This document shows, in pieces, positions 41,480-59,650 of a stretch of DNA of 64,000 nt. The notes beneath the pieces are model-generated. The model was not told the origin of the DNA and searched no databases. It worked only from the letters and a program-made list of their open reading frames with translations. How positions within the stretch are numbered: position 1 is the stretch's first letter; every line of letters begins with the position of its first letter. This DNA comes from the human T2T-CHM13v2.0 reference genome, Homo sapiens. The stretch lies in the NCBI RefSeq assembly GCF_009914755.1, contig NC_060930.1. One strand, given 5' to 3'. Made by a program: the position numbers and the translations under genes.

Positions 41480-42833
41480 GAACTCTTCCGTTGACCAGCA
41501 CCATCCTGTATGCTCCTTACTGTACATGTGGCTGATAAAGAGAAGGGAAGATGGAGCTGCCATTTTGAACATGATTGGCACAACTGCTAATTTATGTCTA
41601 CAACTAGATTTTACAGGCTACTCTTCGTTAGAAAGGAAAATGATTTGGGGCTACTTTTCATTAAAAGGAAAACCGTACCAAGGACTTCCGTAACCTCACT
41701 ATATGCCTATGTAATTTCTTCTTAACTCCAGTATCAATCCCCGCTCTGGAGTGGTAACTAACTGCTGTTAAGGGGTGTTGGGCAACAACTCTTTCTGGTA
41801 CCTCTTGCTGAAAAAGAGTGATGTGTGGGGAACAGCAGCTAAGGCTCCCCCTGGGGTCAATCTAAGGGTCCTCAGAAGAAAGGCATGTCCATGCATGGTT
41901 CTGTCTGCAGCATCATTTTGAATTTGATTGCTGTCAGCAATTCCAGTGGGTTGTAACACTAGTTTGCCTCCACCAGATGTTGCTGAAACGTTAATATGAA
42001 AGTGATATTCATTTTTGGATAAGTGGCATTGGATTGGGGTGGCTAGAGTAACTTTAGTGTTAACCTTGGCTAAATCTTTCCTGCAATTATTAATCCCTTC
42101 ATGACTTCCACAGACAGTCTAAGACATGCTTAAACTTTCTGATTTGTCCTAAACATCCTTCTTTTAAACAACCAACAATTCTCTTCAGGACAAGTATTTA
42201 CCATACAAGATCATTTCTTATATAGAATCTCTTTCCTTTATAACCTTCTTTGCATAGCCAGAGTGTGACATATTACCAAACCCAATAGTAACAGACTCAG
42301 GGATTGTAAAACTTTCATGTTCCCTTTTTATTTGTAACTATTAACCCTGCTATAAGGATAATAATTAAGCAAAATACTAGAGCAATGGAAACCAATATTT
42401 CAGTTAGAAGGTGCTACTGTGTATAGCTCCCAGCAAATAGTAAAGTGAGTAGCAGTTCCTCAAAGGGTGATGTAGTAGATTCTTTCCATCTAAAATTTTA
42501 CTTGCCAAGATGTAGAATTTCTGTCTGGGGGGTCTACGAAGTTCCTTGGTTTTATTTTCCCAAACAAAGAAACCTCTGGGTTATGGGCACCATACTCACT
42601 TTAATTACCAGACCTGTTAGAAAGGGACATTCTTTACCGACCACAGGTTAGGAACTTTCTATGGGGACTGTTTAGACAAGGTATGAGGCAGGCCATTTCT
42701 CCTCATGGAGTATTTACTGGCTCTGCAATTTGAGATTGTCTCCTTAAAGGGAAGCATACCCTTCCAGTCAAAGTCTTGATAAAACAACCAGTTTTTCCAA
42801 TTGCATCCTGTTGCAAAAGACAAATGGATTCTT

Positions 42834-43168
<335 letters not shown>

Positions 43169-45776
43169 AAATGGATTCTTATTGCACTAATGCAAACAAC
43201 TATATTGCCATAAGTTAGCAAAAAACTATATTGCCATAAATTAACAGTACTCACAGATAGTTTCCAAATTCTAGAGGAACCAGGCAGAGAGAAACAAACA
43301 TGCTCCAAATTTTGTTCACAATAGTATACCTTACTCTATTATTAAAGGCCATAAATAGCTCAAAATAATTTTTCTTGACTCTGAAAAACAAAACAAGGAT
43401 CAGCAATATTTCAAGCAAAAGTCAAAAAAAATGCTTTAGCTTTCTGAGTGCAGTCCATTTAGTTAACTCTTGTTTTGCTTGATATTCTTGAACATTTCAG
43501 TTCTTCATGAGTCCTGTACATTTTTTATCTATTCCAATGCTACAATCTTCAAAACTATTAGAAACCTACACTTGAAAACACCTATTAAAGTCTTATAACT
43601 TGATTATAATCCATCTTTTGGGAAGGAACAAAGCAAGACAACAGTTGTCTGCGAATGACAAAATTTCCAGCGTAGTTACAGTTAAAAACATGACTGACAA
43701 AGAAGTTTAGTTATCTCTGTGGTTTACAATAAATTTAACCTTAATTATGATTGACAGCATATACTTAGACATTAGAATTTCAGAAGTCCCATGCAATTTT
43801 GGAACATATATTAGTATTAGTCACCAAAACACAACTTAATGAAGATTGGACATCATTTTGGCAATACCATGTAACTAAACACGTCAAATAATCTTATTTA
43901 CCTCTTCTCTGGATGTGTCAGGGGCCCTGAAAGCCAGACATCAGGAAAGGCAATTTTGAAACTTAAAAGTTTGATTTTGGGAGGCCTGTTAAATGTTAGA
44001 GGGTTAAAACACTTGATGTTATGAAATAGAATTCCAGATTGCCATAAATTATTTATTTTGCCAAAATGACTCAAAACACAAAAACCTTTCATTAGTCTTT
44101 ACTATTACATGAAATTTTTGTTCAAAGCCAAATTTTACCGTTGCATTAGTTTATTAATGTTAAACCACCTTTTGATGAAACCTCATAGAAAATTCCATCT
44201 AATCTTAACCAATTTAACCATGAGGTGAAATCTTTACAAATCCTTTATAACACCTTTTGCTAAAGGGCAGATTAGCATCTATGACAACCTTGCTGTGCTT
44301 TTATTTCAATGCTCAATTTATGAAAAGACCATATAATAACCTTTTGAATTTAATGTTTACACATTTTTTGGCAAGATTAGTTTTTTACAATCTTACTATA
44401 GCTTTCTTAAACCTCTAGCTTTATCTTATCAAATTTAACATAATTCCTCATCCCTTGGCAAAATTTACATTTCCATGCTTTCTTTTACTAAAAACATGTT
44501 TTACTGTTTTTACACACCTTGTATGTACAACTGTTTAGTGATCTCAAATACATGCTGCAATGTTAACTCTTAGCAACTTTTACTTTTGGTGAAAAATCTG
44601 GTTAGTAAGAAGCTAGCCTAGGACCCAGACAGAAGTGCAGATAAGGTCTCTTTCCAGCATCCCAAGCCTTACCTATCTGTAAAGCAGCAGTATACAAACT
44701 TGGAACAAACAAAACTAGTATCTAAGTTGTATGATTTAGAAAATCTATTTGCATTTTGACAACACTTGCACTTCATGAATAATCCTTGACTATTTTTATT
44801 TCTTAAAGATTAAAGTCATGTAAACTAAAAAATATTTAATTTAAGCACTTATTTTTCCTTAAGTCAACTAATTAGAACTCTTTAGCACTTATTTTTCCTT
44901 AAGCCAATCAATTAGATCTCTTTATAGACATCACACACAACACATATACAGTGACACAAACAGACAGAAGATTCAGCACTTGTAAGATATTTCACTTGCC
45001 AGTTTCTTAATTGGGTTACTGGCTTCAGGGTGGAGACCTTGAAGGAACAGGGCCAGGATAGCATGCATTTCTAGGGCCTAATAAGCAAGCAGAGCTGAAG
45101 GCAAAGACAGATCCCCAGAATTAAGGGTGTCACTTTATACTGGATCTTGGATCCCCCAAAGGAGAGAGATACTATGGGAGAAGACAGTACAGTGCTTCTA
45201 CCATGCATTTCATTGCAAGACATCCCAAAGCCAATTGGCTTATTTTGTATGCAGCCCATTCTCCATGGGAGTCTCATCTCTTAGTCAGGGGTGGAGATGT
45301 TTCCATATCTTTTAGGTGACCAAGAGCATTCTTCTCTGAGTCAAATATGCAGTTAAGCATTCCTCCATAACTACTATTAACCATCACTTAAAATATATTT
45401 CCTACCTAGTTATTACACTCCAAAACTCTCTCATAATGTGAAGTAATTTGATACCCTCCAAACTCAAAACTGTCAGATAACACAATGCGAAACAGAACAG
45501 AGCCTTTGATTTTGAGAGGGAACTATCTGCTTTTAATTCCTGGGGTTTCGTGAGGAAAACAGGTTTTTTTACCCAAGGAGTCCCAGGCTACCAGAAGTTA
45601 TCTTAGGGCCTCTCTTGTGTGCATTAAGAGTGGAAAGACAGAAAAAAATGGAGGAAAACAATTCAGTCAACTGGAAAGAAAAAAAAATTGTTTTCAGAAA
45701 AAAAAAACTTTTTTCAGAAAAAAAAAATCCAAGAAGAGAAAAACATAAAGGCCATTTAAATATGCCCATAACTTGA

Positions 45777-46139
<363 letters not shown>

Positions 46140-46280
46140 TAAATCCCTTGTTACTTGACTTTAGCCATGCCAAGCAGTTCAGATTTTCAGCTTTTGAACT
46201 TTACAAGTAATCTCACAGGTGAAACCAACAAGCCTTAATTAGGTTATGACTTAACTGTGAATGTACATGGGAGAATGTAG

Positions 46281-46394
46281 GTCTTCTCCCACAGTATCTC
46301 TCTCCTTTTGGGGATCCAACATCCAGTATAAAATGGCACCCTTAATTTTGGGGATCTGTCTTTGCCTTCAGCTCTGCCTGCTTATTAGGCCCTA
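46281..46394. repeat. Inverted duplicate of 45072-45185
   Basis: The reverse complement, tagggcctaataagcaggcagagctgaaggcaaagacagatccc...tgggagaagac, matches 45072-45185. Confidence 0.92.
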
Positions 46395-46429
46395 AAAAAG
46401 GTATTTTCAAAGGAGTGATAAGCAGGTTT

Positions 46430-46860
46430 TGAAACCGTTATTGCAAAATTGTGACTGAGACAATGAAAGAGATCTGACCCACCCAACTCCATTTTGTTTC
46501 CAGCCCCAAAGCTGACCTTGTCCATCCCTGGGCATAGGCTAAATCAACTTTGGGAGGAGCCTGGTTTACAGTTTATAGTCTAAAAAAAAGATGATCATAG
46601 TCCCTTCCTAAGATATACTTCCCTCTTTCCCAGGGACAAGACCAAGAAACTAGCCATAAGATTAGAAACCATGGCTTAGGAGTCATGCAGCTGGATGCTA
46701 CAAGATTTTGACCCTTCTTTAATGCTCTCAAGATCAGGGCTTAAGATATTTTCTAAACTCTGCCCTTGATGGTTCAGCTGGCACCACCTAGATCAATAAA
46801 CTGGCTGATCTGATTTTAGGGCCTCCAGCCAGGAACTGACTTAGCACAAGAATACATCCA
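46430..46860 (+). mobile_element. Partial LTR8-like sequence, antisense inside the provirus
   Basis: tgaaaccgttattgcaaaattgtgactgagacaatgaaagagatctg matches the LTR8 5' end. The 3' part of LTR8 is absent. Confidence 0.8.
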
Positions 46861-47449
46861 CCGTTGTAAAATGGTGGAGATTAAAACAAAGTATTACCAT
46901 GAGGTTACAGGTCATGTTCCCAAGGACATGAATCAAGATGGAGGCCTGTAGCCAGCCTTGTTACTGACCATTTTGTTGAGCTGGCTTGAACAACGGGCTT
47001 ATGGGGTCCTATACCTGTATCCTAACCTAAGGTACCCTTTCTTTTGACAGAACCATACAGAAAGACACACCAAGTATGCCAGATTGGCTACAGCTTAAGA
47101 TCATCCTCACAAATCCTCTTTCATTAATTAAAACTTAAGAATATAAACAATAATCCTTATCATCCCTTTTACTGGTTTGTGCAGGGAGAGAGAAGCCAAA
47201 AACTTGACTGTTAAAATTTTTTTTTTACCCTTTTGCTGGCATGTCAGGCTTCTGGGTTCCCTTCCCCCTAACTCAACTCTAAGCCAAGCATTTTAAGGTT
47301 TGGGGAAATTAACTTTTCCCAGATTGGAAGAACATTATAAAAGAGCCATTTTAAACTGTGAAAGAAGGAAAAATACCATAGAAAAGTCTAGGGGTTCCAA
47401 TTATGGTTGTCAAGAAGTACTACCTCTCTTCCCATTGGGAAATAGGAAA

Positions 47450-47930
47450 TTGCTCAACTCCGAAACTCTACTGCCTGCCGAGCTGCCTGCTTTTCAGCCG
47501 CAGTTAGGGTTTGGCTTAGGAGCAGCCTAGCATCCCTTCATGAGAGGTCAAACACCTGAGTTAAATTTTAGAAACCTATCATGTAACTATCAGGGTCATT
47601 AGAAAATTGGTCTAACTCTCCCTTTATTTGCCTAAGGTCCTGTAATGAGAAGGGAACTTAAGGGAGCCCCAAATAAGGAGGAATTTCCAATTGTTCCCCT
47701 GGAAGTTGCTTCTCTAACATTGGAGAATCATTCTCCATAGGCCTGCCTGATATGACTACTAAAAGAGATAGGTTGATTTTGTAACACCTGCAAAAGGTCT
47801 AGTAAGAAGGCCATGCCCTTGTGCAAAAGAAAATGGGCCACTTTTTCTTTAAATTCTTAGGGTCAAAGGAGTCCCTGTGCTTCAGGATACACTCCTGAGG
47901 GTTGCAGGCTGAAGATGATCTGTTACCCAT
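47450..47930 (-). pseudogene. gag: Degenerate retroviral gag (MA and p30 remnants)
   Basis: Manual translation gives [41 protein letters not shown] and VPFSLQDLRQIKGELDQFSNDPD...LLLSQTLT, resembling class I HERV Gag, with stops. Confidence 0.85.
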
Positions 47931-48788
47931 CTAGAAAGAGAAGTGAGAAATCGGCATCCCTTTAGTCTCCGTCCTTTTGGTATGACCCAGGGTGGAGAGG
48001 AAGACAATGGGGCCATCCTCCCTGCTGTTTTCCTTCCGTGGTTCCTGGGTCGTGGCACCTTGTTGAGTGTGCCACCCATGGTTGCAGGCATGACCCCCAG
48101 CCATGGAACCAGAGGAACTAAGTGATTAGGATTAGTCACACTCACCCATGTAGCTCTAGTCCTCTTCCTGTGATTTTCTTTTGACTTCCTAGACTTGTGT
48201 GACCTACCTGGCTCCCCGAAATATGTATCTTGGGAGAGACTGTGACATTTGCATTTCCCTCCTTAATGGAGGAAGTGTGCTTATTTGAGTTCTATACCCT
48301 GCTATTATGGCCTGTGCTAAAGTGTCTACCCTTTGAGAATGGTTCTGGTTAACTTCTAAACTTAAAATCCGTTTACTAATTAAGTGCCATTTAAATTGGA
48401 GGCAGAATAGGTGCCTTAAAAATATAGGGACCAAATGACTGTTTTTCTGCTGATGGGACAGTATTGAGACTAAAATTTGGTTCTGGAGGACATTTTACTC
48501 CCAATTGTTGAAGGTAGAGTTTTCTTGTTCACAGAAGCAGTATAAAGCCTGGTTTCTAGTAGAGGGGCACAAAAAGGGAGAATTGAGTGTTTTGGTAAAG
48601 GACAGACAATGTGCCTCATTGAGAAGATCCCTATTCCATTAGGTGGCATTGTTGACCTTGAAATTCCATGTGCTCTCCAGACTAAGGGCAGAGTGACCTT
48701 GACATGCCACGTACTCTCCATACCAAGGGCAGTGAGAGACCTGGAAATGCTATGTGCTCTCCAGACCAAGAGCAGAGGGTGACACTCA

Positions 48789-48791
<3 letters not shown>

Positions 48792-48824
<33 letters not shown>
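48792..48824. repeat. (TG)n microsatellite in the proviral leader
   Basis: Directly visible. Confidence 0.95.
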
Positions 48825-48825
<1 letters not shown>

Positions 48826-49432
48826 GGGGGGGGGCGGTCCCTCTGTTTCTAGAAAATCATAAAAACACTTTCCCTTGAGTTATATCCCCAGTTACTATGA
48901 CATTCCCTGATCTTGCCAAACAAGAATACTTCCCCGAACTATAAAACTTTCCACACATTGCATACACAGAGAGGATATGAGATATGGTGGTCATGGACAG
49001 GAAAGAAGGAAATTACGGTAGAAAAGTTGAAGATCCTGCTGCCAACACCCCACTGGACGGTTAAAGGCTGGGTCAGTCCAGAAGCCTTTGGGTAACACCC
49101 GGGGATAGGCCCAGCCAGAAATCCTCAGTTGCTCCAAAACGTCTTCCAGCCCCATGTGACAGCTAAGTCCTCTGTAAAAGGAAGCTGGTTCAAACATAGC
49201 CAACATGCCCAGCAACCCATGGGTGCTGGGGGATTCTCCATATTCTCCTGAGTAAGCCTGTCCCCCAAGTCTTGTAAGGCTGGTATCCATGCTAATCATT
49301 ATTAAATGGCTGAAGGGGGCCCAGTATTTGGTTTGATTTGGTTCTAAGATGGAGGCCAAGAGCCCTGAAATGAAAAGACAGAGATGGAGTCCACTTCTCT
49401 ACTGATTCTTTCAATGAATGCTGTACCTGCAT

Positions 49433-49450
49433 ATCCCTGACAAGCCCCCA
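49433..49450 (-). promoter_or_regulatory. Primer binding site for tRNA-Pro
   Basis: tgggggcttgtcagggat versus canonical TGGGGGCTCGTCCGGGAT (16/18), 3 nt from the 5' LTR end. Confidence 0.9.
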
Positions 49451-50973
49451 GTATGAAGTGGCTATGTTGTCTGGGGTATATACTCTGGGGTTCGTCATCT
49501 CATGCCAGGAAAATTTAGGACACAGATACACACGAGGAGTTTAGGAGCAGAGGTTTAATAGGCAGAAGAAAAGAGAAAGAGAAACAGCTCTCTCTCTATA
49601 GAGAGACGGGTCTCCGAGCGGAAAAGACTGGCAGGCAGCAGATGCGCTGGATTTTACAGTCAGGTTTGAGAAGGCAATGTCTGATTTACATAGGGCTCAC
49701 AGATTGGTTCTATCAGGTATGACGTTTACATAGTGCATGGGGAAGGCTAGCTGCCCCACCCTAATCTTATTATACAAATGAATTTTCCCATTGACCAGCA
49801 TCACCTTATTGTACACATGGCTGATAAAGCAAAGGGGAGATGAGGACACCATTTTGAACATGATTGGCACAACTGCTAGCATCTATGACTGCAGTTTGAT
49901 TTTACAGGCTACTCTTTGTTAGAAAGGAAAATGATTTGGGGCTGCTTTTCATTAAAATGAAAACCTTACTGAGGACTTCCGTACCCCCCTCAGTATCTGC
50001 CTAAGTAATTTCTTAACTCCTGTATTGTTACCAGCCATTAGGAAAATGCAAATTAAAGCTACAATGAGGAACCACCACAGACCAATTAGAATGCCTAAAA
50101 TTAAAAATCTGACTACCTTAAGAATTGTAGAGCAATTAGAAACATTTTATGTTCCTAGTAGGAATGCAAAAATGTATTATCAGTTTGGTAAACATTTTTG
50201 CTACTTTCTTATAGAGCTATACAGACATTTTCCTTAACCTAGCAATCCCACTCTTAGATATTTACTCAAGAAAAATGAAACATGTTTATACAAAGACTTG
50301 TACTCTAATGTTCATAGTAGCTTTATAACCTAAGTGGAAATAACCCGAGAGCCCATCAACTGGTGAATAGATAAGTAAACACTGATATGTTGATATAATG
50401 GAATACTACTCAGCAACAAAAAGAAATAAGCTACTGATGCTACTCAACAAAGTATATGCCTCTTAAAAGCATTATGCTGAGAAAGAAGCCAGACAAAAGT
50501 GATTACACAGTCAATGACTCTAACTAAAAGACATTCTAGAAAGTAAAACTATAGTGAAAGAAAGCAGATATATTTTCAAATACCTAAATGTGGGGTGTAG
50601 GAGATTAACTCTGAAGTGGCAAAGGGAATGTTATGGGGTGATGGAAATATTCCACATCATGTTTCTGGTATGTTTACTTGATTAAGTGTATTTGCCCGAA
50701 TGAATTGTACCCTTTAAATTTGGTGAATTTTATTATATGTAAATCATACATCAACAATTCTGATTAAAAATAGAATTCCAAGATTGTCAAAGAAATATCC
50801 TAAGGTAGTAAGTGGCAAAACAATACTAATATAGAGAAAAGAAAATTTCCAAACAGTAGATTTATATCCTGAATTATTTCTCCAAGGATCAATGACTTAG
50901 AATAGCTTAAAGAATTACCTGCTTTAAAGGTATGTGAATTTTAATGGGAGAACTCTATTTGAATTCAGGTAAG

Positions 50974-50975
<2 letters not shown>

Positions 50976-51017
<42 letters not shown>
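50976..51017. repeat. (GT)21 microsatellite
   Basis: Directly visible, perfect repeat. Confidence 0.97.
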
Positions 51018-51020
<3 letters not shown>

Positions 51021-52045
51021 GGCTGGAGAGCTGTAAAGGCCATAATCACGGAGCAAGTTGCTATAAAGGGTAGAGACCAAAGCCTCTTTGCGCAATTGTT
51101 TCAAGGGAGCCAACGGAGAAAGGATGAACTGCACCCTGACTCTAGAAGACACATTGTCAAGAGGCTGGTCAGGTAGGTTCCTTGGGAAGGCTGGCTGGAT
51201 ATGCAGCATTGATTTGAAAACTCTTTGCTTATAAATGCTCCCTGTTTACATGCAGTAATTCACGGCCCTGAGTTAACATACCCTGTGTGTAAGAGTCTCT
51301 CCTCAGGAATAGAGGGGGTGCAGATTTGCTGCTAATATGCAAAGTATTTCATTTAGTAATGGCTTTCAGTAGGCCCATTTAAAGCTCTCCTACTGTTATA
51401 GTAATAGATCGGATCTATAAATTGTTTGCTAACAGTCAATGTTTGCACTAAATACAATCAAATGGAAACATACCTCTAAAGTAAACAAATAAGTTCTTAT
51501 TCTGTGCAATTTTCTCCAAACAAAATTAATCTTACCACCATTTCTTGCTGCAAGTAATCTGGAAATGACATTTTCTCCCAATCTACTTAGAGGCTTTCTG
51601 AGGACACTAGAGGTCCCCTGGATTCCCTGCCTATTCCTTGCTTCCTTAGCAGACAAAGAGGCCTTGGTTTCCACACTTTACCTTATGGTAGCCCATCCTT
51701 GCTCCGTGATAGAGTCCATCCCTTTTTTGCTCCTGAAAGCAATGGGTGCTCACAATTTTACTTTGGACCCAGAGAACAAGCAGAAGTAGGAAAGGCATGG
51801 TAATGAAATAATAGAGCTGGTGGTTGGAATGTTTGTTCATTTTCCCAGTGAACTGTGACCTGATCAGTTGTATTTATTTGCCAGATCCAACAAGATGCAA
51901 GTGATGGGACAGTTTAAGAATTGTTAAAAGTAGCTGAGATACACAACAACTGATGCTGGTCCTATTATTTTCTCTTCCAGAAATCAGGATACAGATCTGA
52001 ATTTTGGTAGCAACCTAGGATTTGCACATATTTGTATTTCATTTC

Positions 52046-52144
52046 TTTTTTTTTTTTGAGACAGAGTCTTGCTCTGTCGCCCAGGCTGGAGTGCAGTGGC
52101 ACGTTCTTGGCTCACAGCAAAGCTCCGCCTCCCGGGTTCACGCC
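52046..52144 (-). mobile_element. 5'-truncated AluY (~100 bp)
   Basis: aagctccgcctcccgggttcacgccatt (Y-type). TSD atttcatttc at 52036-52045 and 52145-52154. Confidence 0.92.
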
Positions 52145-52511
52145 ATTTCATTTCATTATTACTCCCCACAAACACATCCTAATTTCTCCAGACTTGATTA
52201 TCCTCCATCACACCTATCTTCTCCCATCAAAAAATCCAACAAATGAACACAAATAAAAATACCCCTCCCTGGTAAACTGTATAAAATACAGTCTTTTTTT
52301 CAGTTTATTAATCAATATAGCCAACATGTAGCTATATTTAGCTAATTGTTTCGGAAAGGATTGGCACGGGACTTGCAAGACTTTATATTAGCATGACAGT
52401 ATTTATCTGGAACATATTTAATCACTTCCACGTACTTTTTGCCTTCTGCCACTTGTTTGGCCCTATCAAAGTGGATGCAGATGAAAGAAAAAAAAACATT
52501 CTACACATTTA

Positions 52512-52800
52512 CAGTCATCCCTGTGTATCTGTGGGACTTTGGCTCCAGGACCCCCTGGATACCACAATTCAACGGTCTTAGATAAAATTGCTTAGTATAC
52601 GCACATAATCTACGAACATCCTCAGGTCTACATTACCTATAATGCCTGACTAGTGTAAGTGCTGTGTAAGTGGTTGTTAAATTGTATTTTTTGTTTATAT
52701 TATTCCTATTGTCATATTGTTATTTTTTTTCCTGCAAATATTTTTGATCCATGGTTGTTTGAATCAGCAGATATGGAACTTGTGGATGCAGAAGTCATCT
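52512..52800. mobile_element. MER2-like TcMar-Tigger DNA transposon relic
   Basis: ta-cagtcatccctgtgtatctgtggga...ccaggacccc...gatccatggttgtttgaatc...gtggatgcagaag. Confidence 0.8.
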
Positions 52801-53104
52801 AAGCATGATTATTATAAACTTTTATTTCCCTTCAGAGACTTACAAGGCCTTACAAGTTCTTACAAGGGGAAGGAAGGGGGCAATCCCTTGCTCTGTTTTA
52901 ATTCAGAATGTCTTTTGAAATCTTCTGTAGCTTCCAGGCTAAACAATCAGTATTTGGGAAAAAGATCCTAATGGTGTAATCACAGATTAATAGAATTTTA
53001 CGTATGTAGGGAACATCAAAATCAAATACAACCCCAGACAATTGAGATTTAAGGAATATTAATACATTTATTCTTGAACATGTGGCTTGTGCCAAAGTCT
53101 AGAA

Positions 53105-58127
<5,023 letters not shown>

Positions 58128-58234
58128 AAAAATATGGAATGCTTCACGAATTTGCGTGTCATCCTTGCACAGGAGCCATGCTAATCTTCTCTGTATCATT
58201 CCAATTTTAGTATATGTGCTGCTGAAGTGAGCAC
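58128..58234 (-). pseudogene. RNU6: Full-length U6 snRNA retrocopy (5' part of the U6-L1 chimera)
   Basis: gtgctcacttcagcagcacatatactaaaattggaatgatacagagaagattagcatggctcctgtgcaaggatgacacgcaaattcgtgaagcattccatattttt: 107 nt, 6 substitutions versus U6 (5 at CpGs). Confidence 0.98.
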
Positions 58235-58400
58235 AAAGTCTAGCATTTTTTATTCTCAGTATAGTATTTGCCCACCGCACTAACGGTATGACTACATGTA
58301 TTGATGAAAAATATATAGCAGATCTAGAAGTACTCTCTACTAGAGGCACTCAGAGCTTTGTGAAAAGCTGTGTCTAACATGGGTATTGAAAATAAATTCA

Positions 58401-58701
58401 GGCCAGGCACTATTGCTGATGACTGCAGTCCCAGCAGTCTAGGAGGCTGAGGCTGGCAGATTGGTTAAACGGAAGCGTTTGAGACCAACCTGGTCAACAT
58501 GGTGAAATCTTGTCTCTACAAAAAAAAAAAAAAAAAAAAAAAGCAAGTCATGGTAGCATATGCCTGTAGTCCCAGCTACTAGGGAGTCTGAGGTGGGAGG
58601 ATTACTTGAGCCCAAGGAGGTTGAGGCTGCAGTGAGCTGAGATCATGCCACTGCTCTCCAGCCTAGGCACAAGAGTGAGACTCAGTCTCAAAAAAATAAA
58701 A
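58401..58701 (+). mobile_element. AluJ
   Basis: Diverged dimeric Alu with TSD gaaaataaattca at 58388-58400 and 58702-58714. Confidence 0.93.
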
Positions 58702-59109
58702 GAAAATAAATTCAAACATGTGTGACTCATTTACTCCCAACCTACAGCAGTAGGTGGATTATGCAACACAAACTAATAGTCACAAAAAATTTGCCTTTGA
58801 TGACTTTACTGGATTTTTACCCTATGTCAAATCAATCCTCTTTTATGGTTTAAATGGGCTCCTAAAATATTTTGCCTTGCTGGTCTCCTCGGAATACATT
58901 TGTTTTGCCTGCATTCTTGTCATAATCTATAGAATTTAAATGGAACCTTTGTTCCCACTTCAGCAAGTCACCTATGAGGCATCTAGCATATAACCTGCCT
59001 CCTGCTAGGTGCTGCCAGCCCAGTATTGAATGAAACAGAAATTATCTTTGCCTTTGTGCTGCTTACAGTCTAGCTTACCAGGAAAATGAGAAGATCCTTC
59101 CGTGTCAGC

Positions 59110-59233
59110 TCTGGGGCCCCATCTCCAGCAACTGGGGTTCAGTAGGTCTATTTTGGCCCAGGAATCTGAATTTTAATAGGCTTCCCAGGTGTTTTTTATG
59201 CAAGCTGTCCAAAGGCCATGCTTAAAGAAGCAC
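59110..59233. mobile_element. MER5A-like hAT relic
   Basis: ctggggcccc...tcagtaggtct...ggcccaggaatctgaattttaatagg. Confidence 0.65.
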
Positions 59234-59299
59234 ATGTTCTACCACGTACTCAGACAGCTTTGGGGGTATGTCTTATGAGCCAAGGCATTTGTCTTTGTC

Positions 59300-59650
59300 T
59301 GCCAAAACAAAAATACCTTAAACAATAGACATCTATTTTCTCACAGTTCTGGCAGCTGTAAGTCCAAGATCAAGGTGTCAGCAGGATTGCCTTCTGGTGA
59401 GGTTCTCTTCTTGGTTGGTAGATGGCTGCATTCTCTCTGTGTTCTCACATGGCAGAGAGAGGCAGAATGACAGAAAGCCCACTGGAGTCTCTTCTTATAA
59501 GGGCACTAATCCCATAGGACCTGGGCTTCACCTTCATGACTTCATGAAACCATAAGTACCCTCCAAAGGCCCCAACTCCAAAAAGCATCATCACACCAGG
59601 GCTAGGGCTGCAGCATATGAATTTTGGGGGACACAATTCTGTCCATAGCA
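59300..59650 (-). mobile_element. MLT1A0-type MaLR LTR
   Basis: tctcacagttctggcagctgtaagtccaagatcaaggtgtcagcagg...ggggacacaattctgtccatagca. Confidence 0.88.

Noticed and set aside
48654-48783. CRISPR-like array
   Set aside because: Tandem units without unique spacers, in a eukaryotic ERV context with no cas genes.
58128-58330. Functional U6 gene
   Set aside because: Six substitutions, fusion to L1 and TSD flanking. No recognisable PSE/TATA upstream, which U6 requires because its promoter is external.
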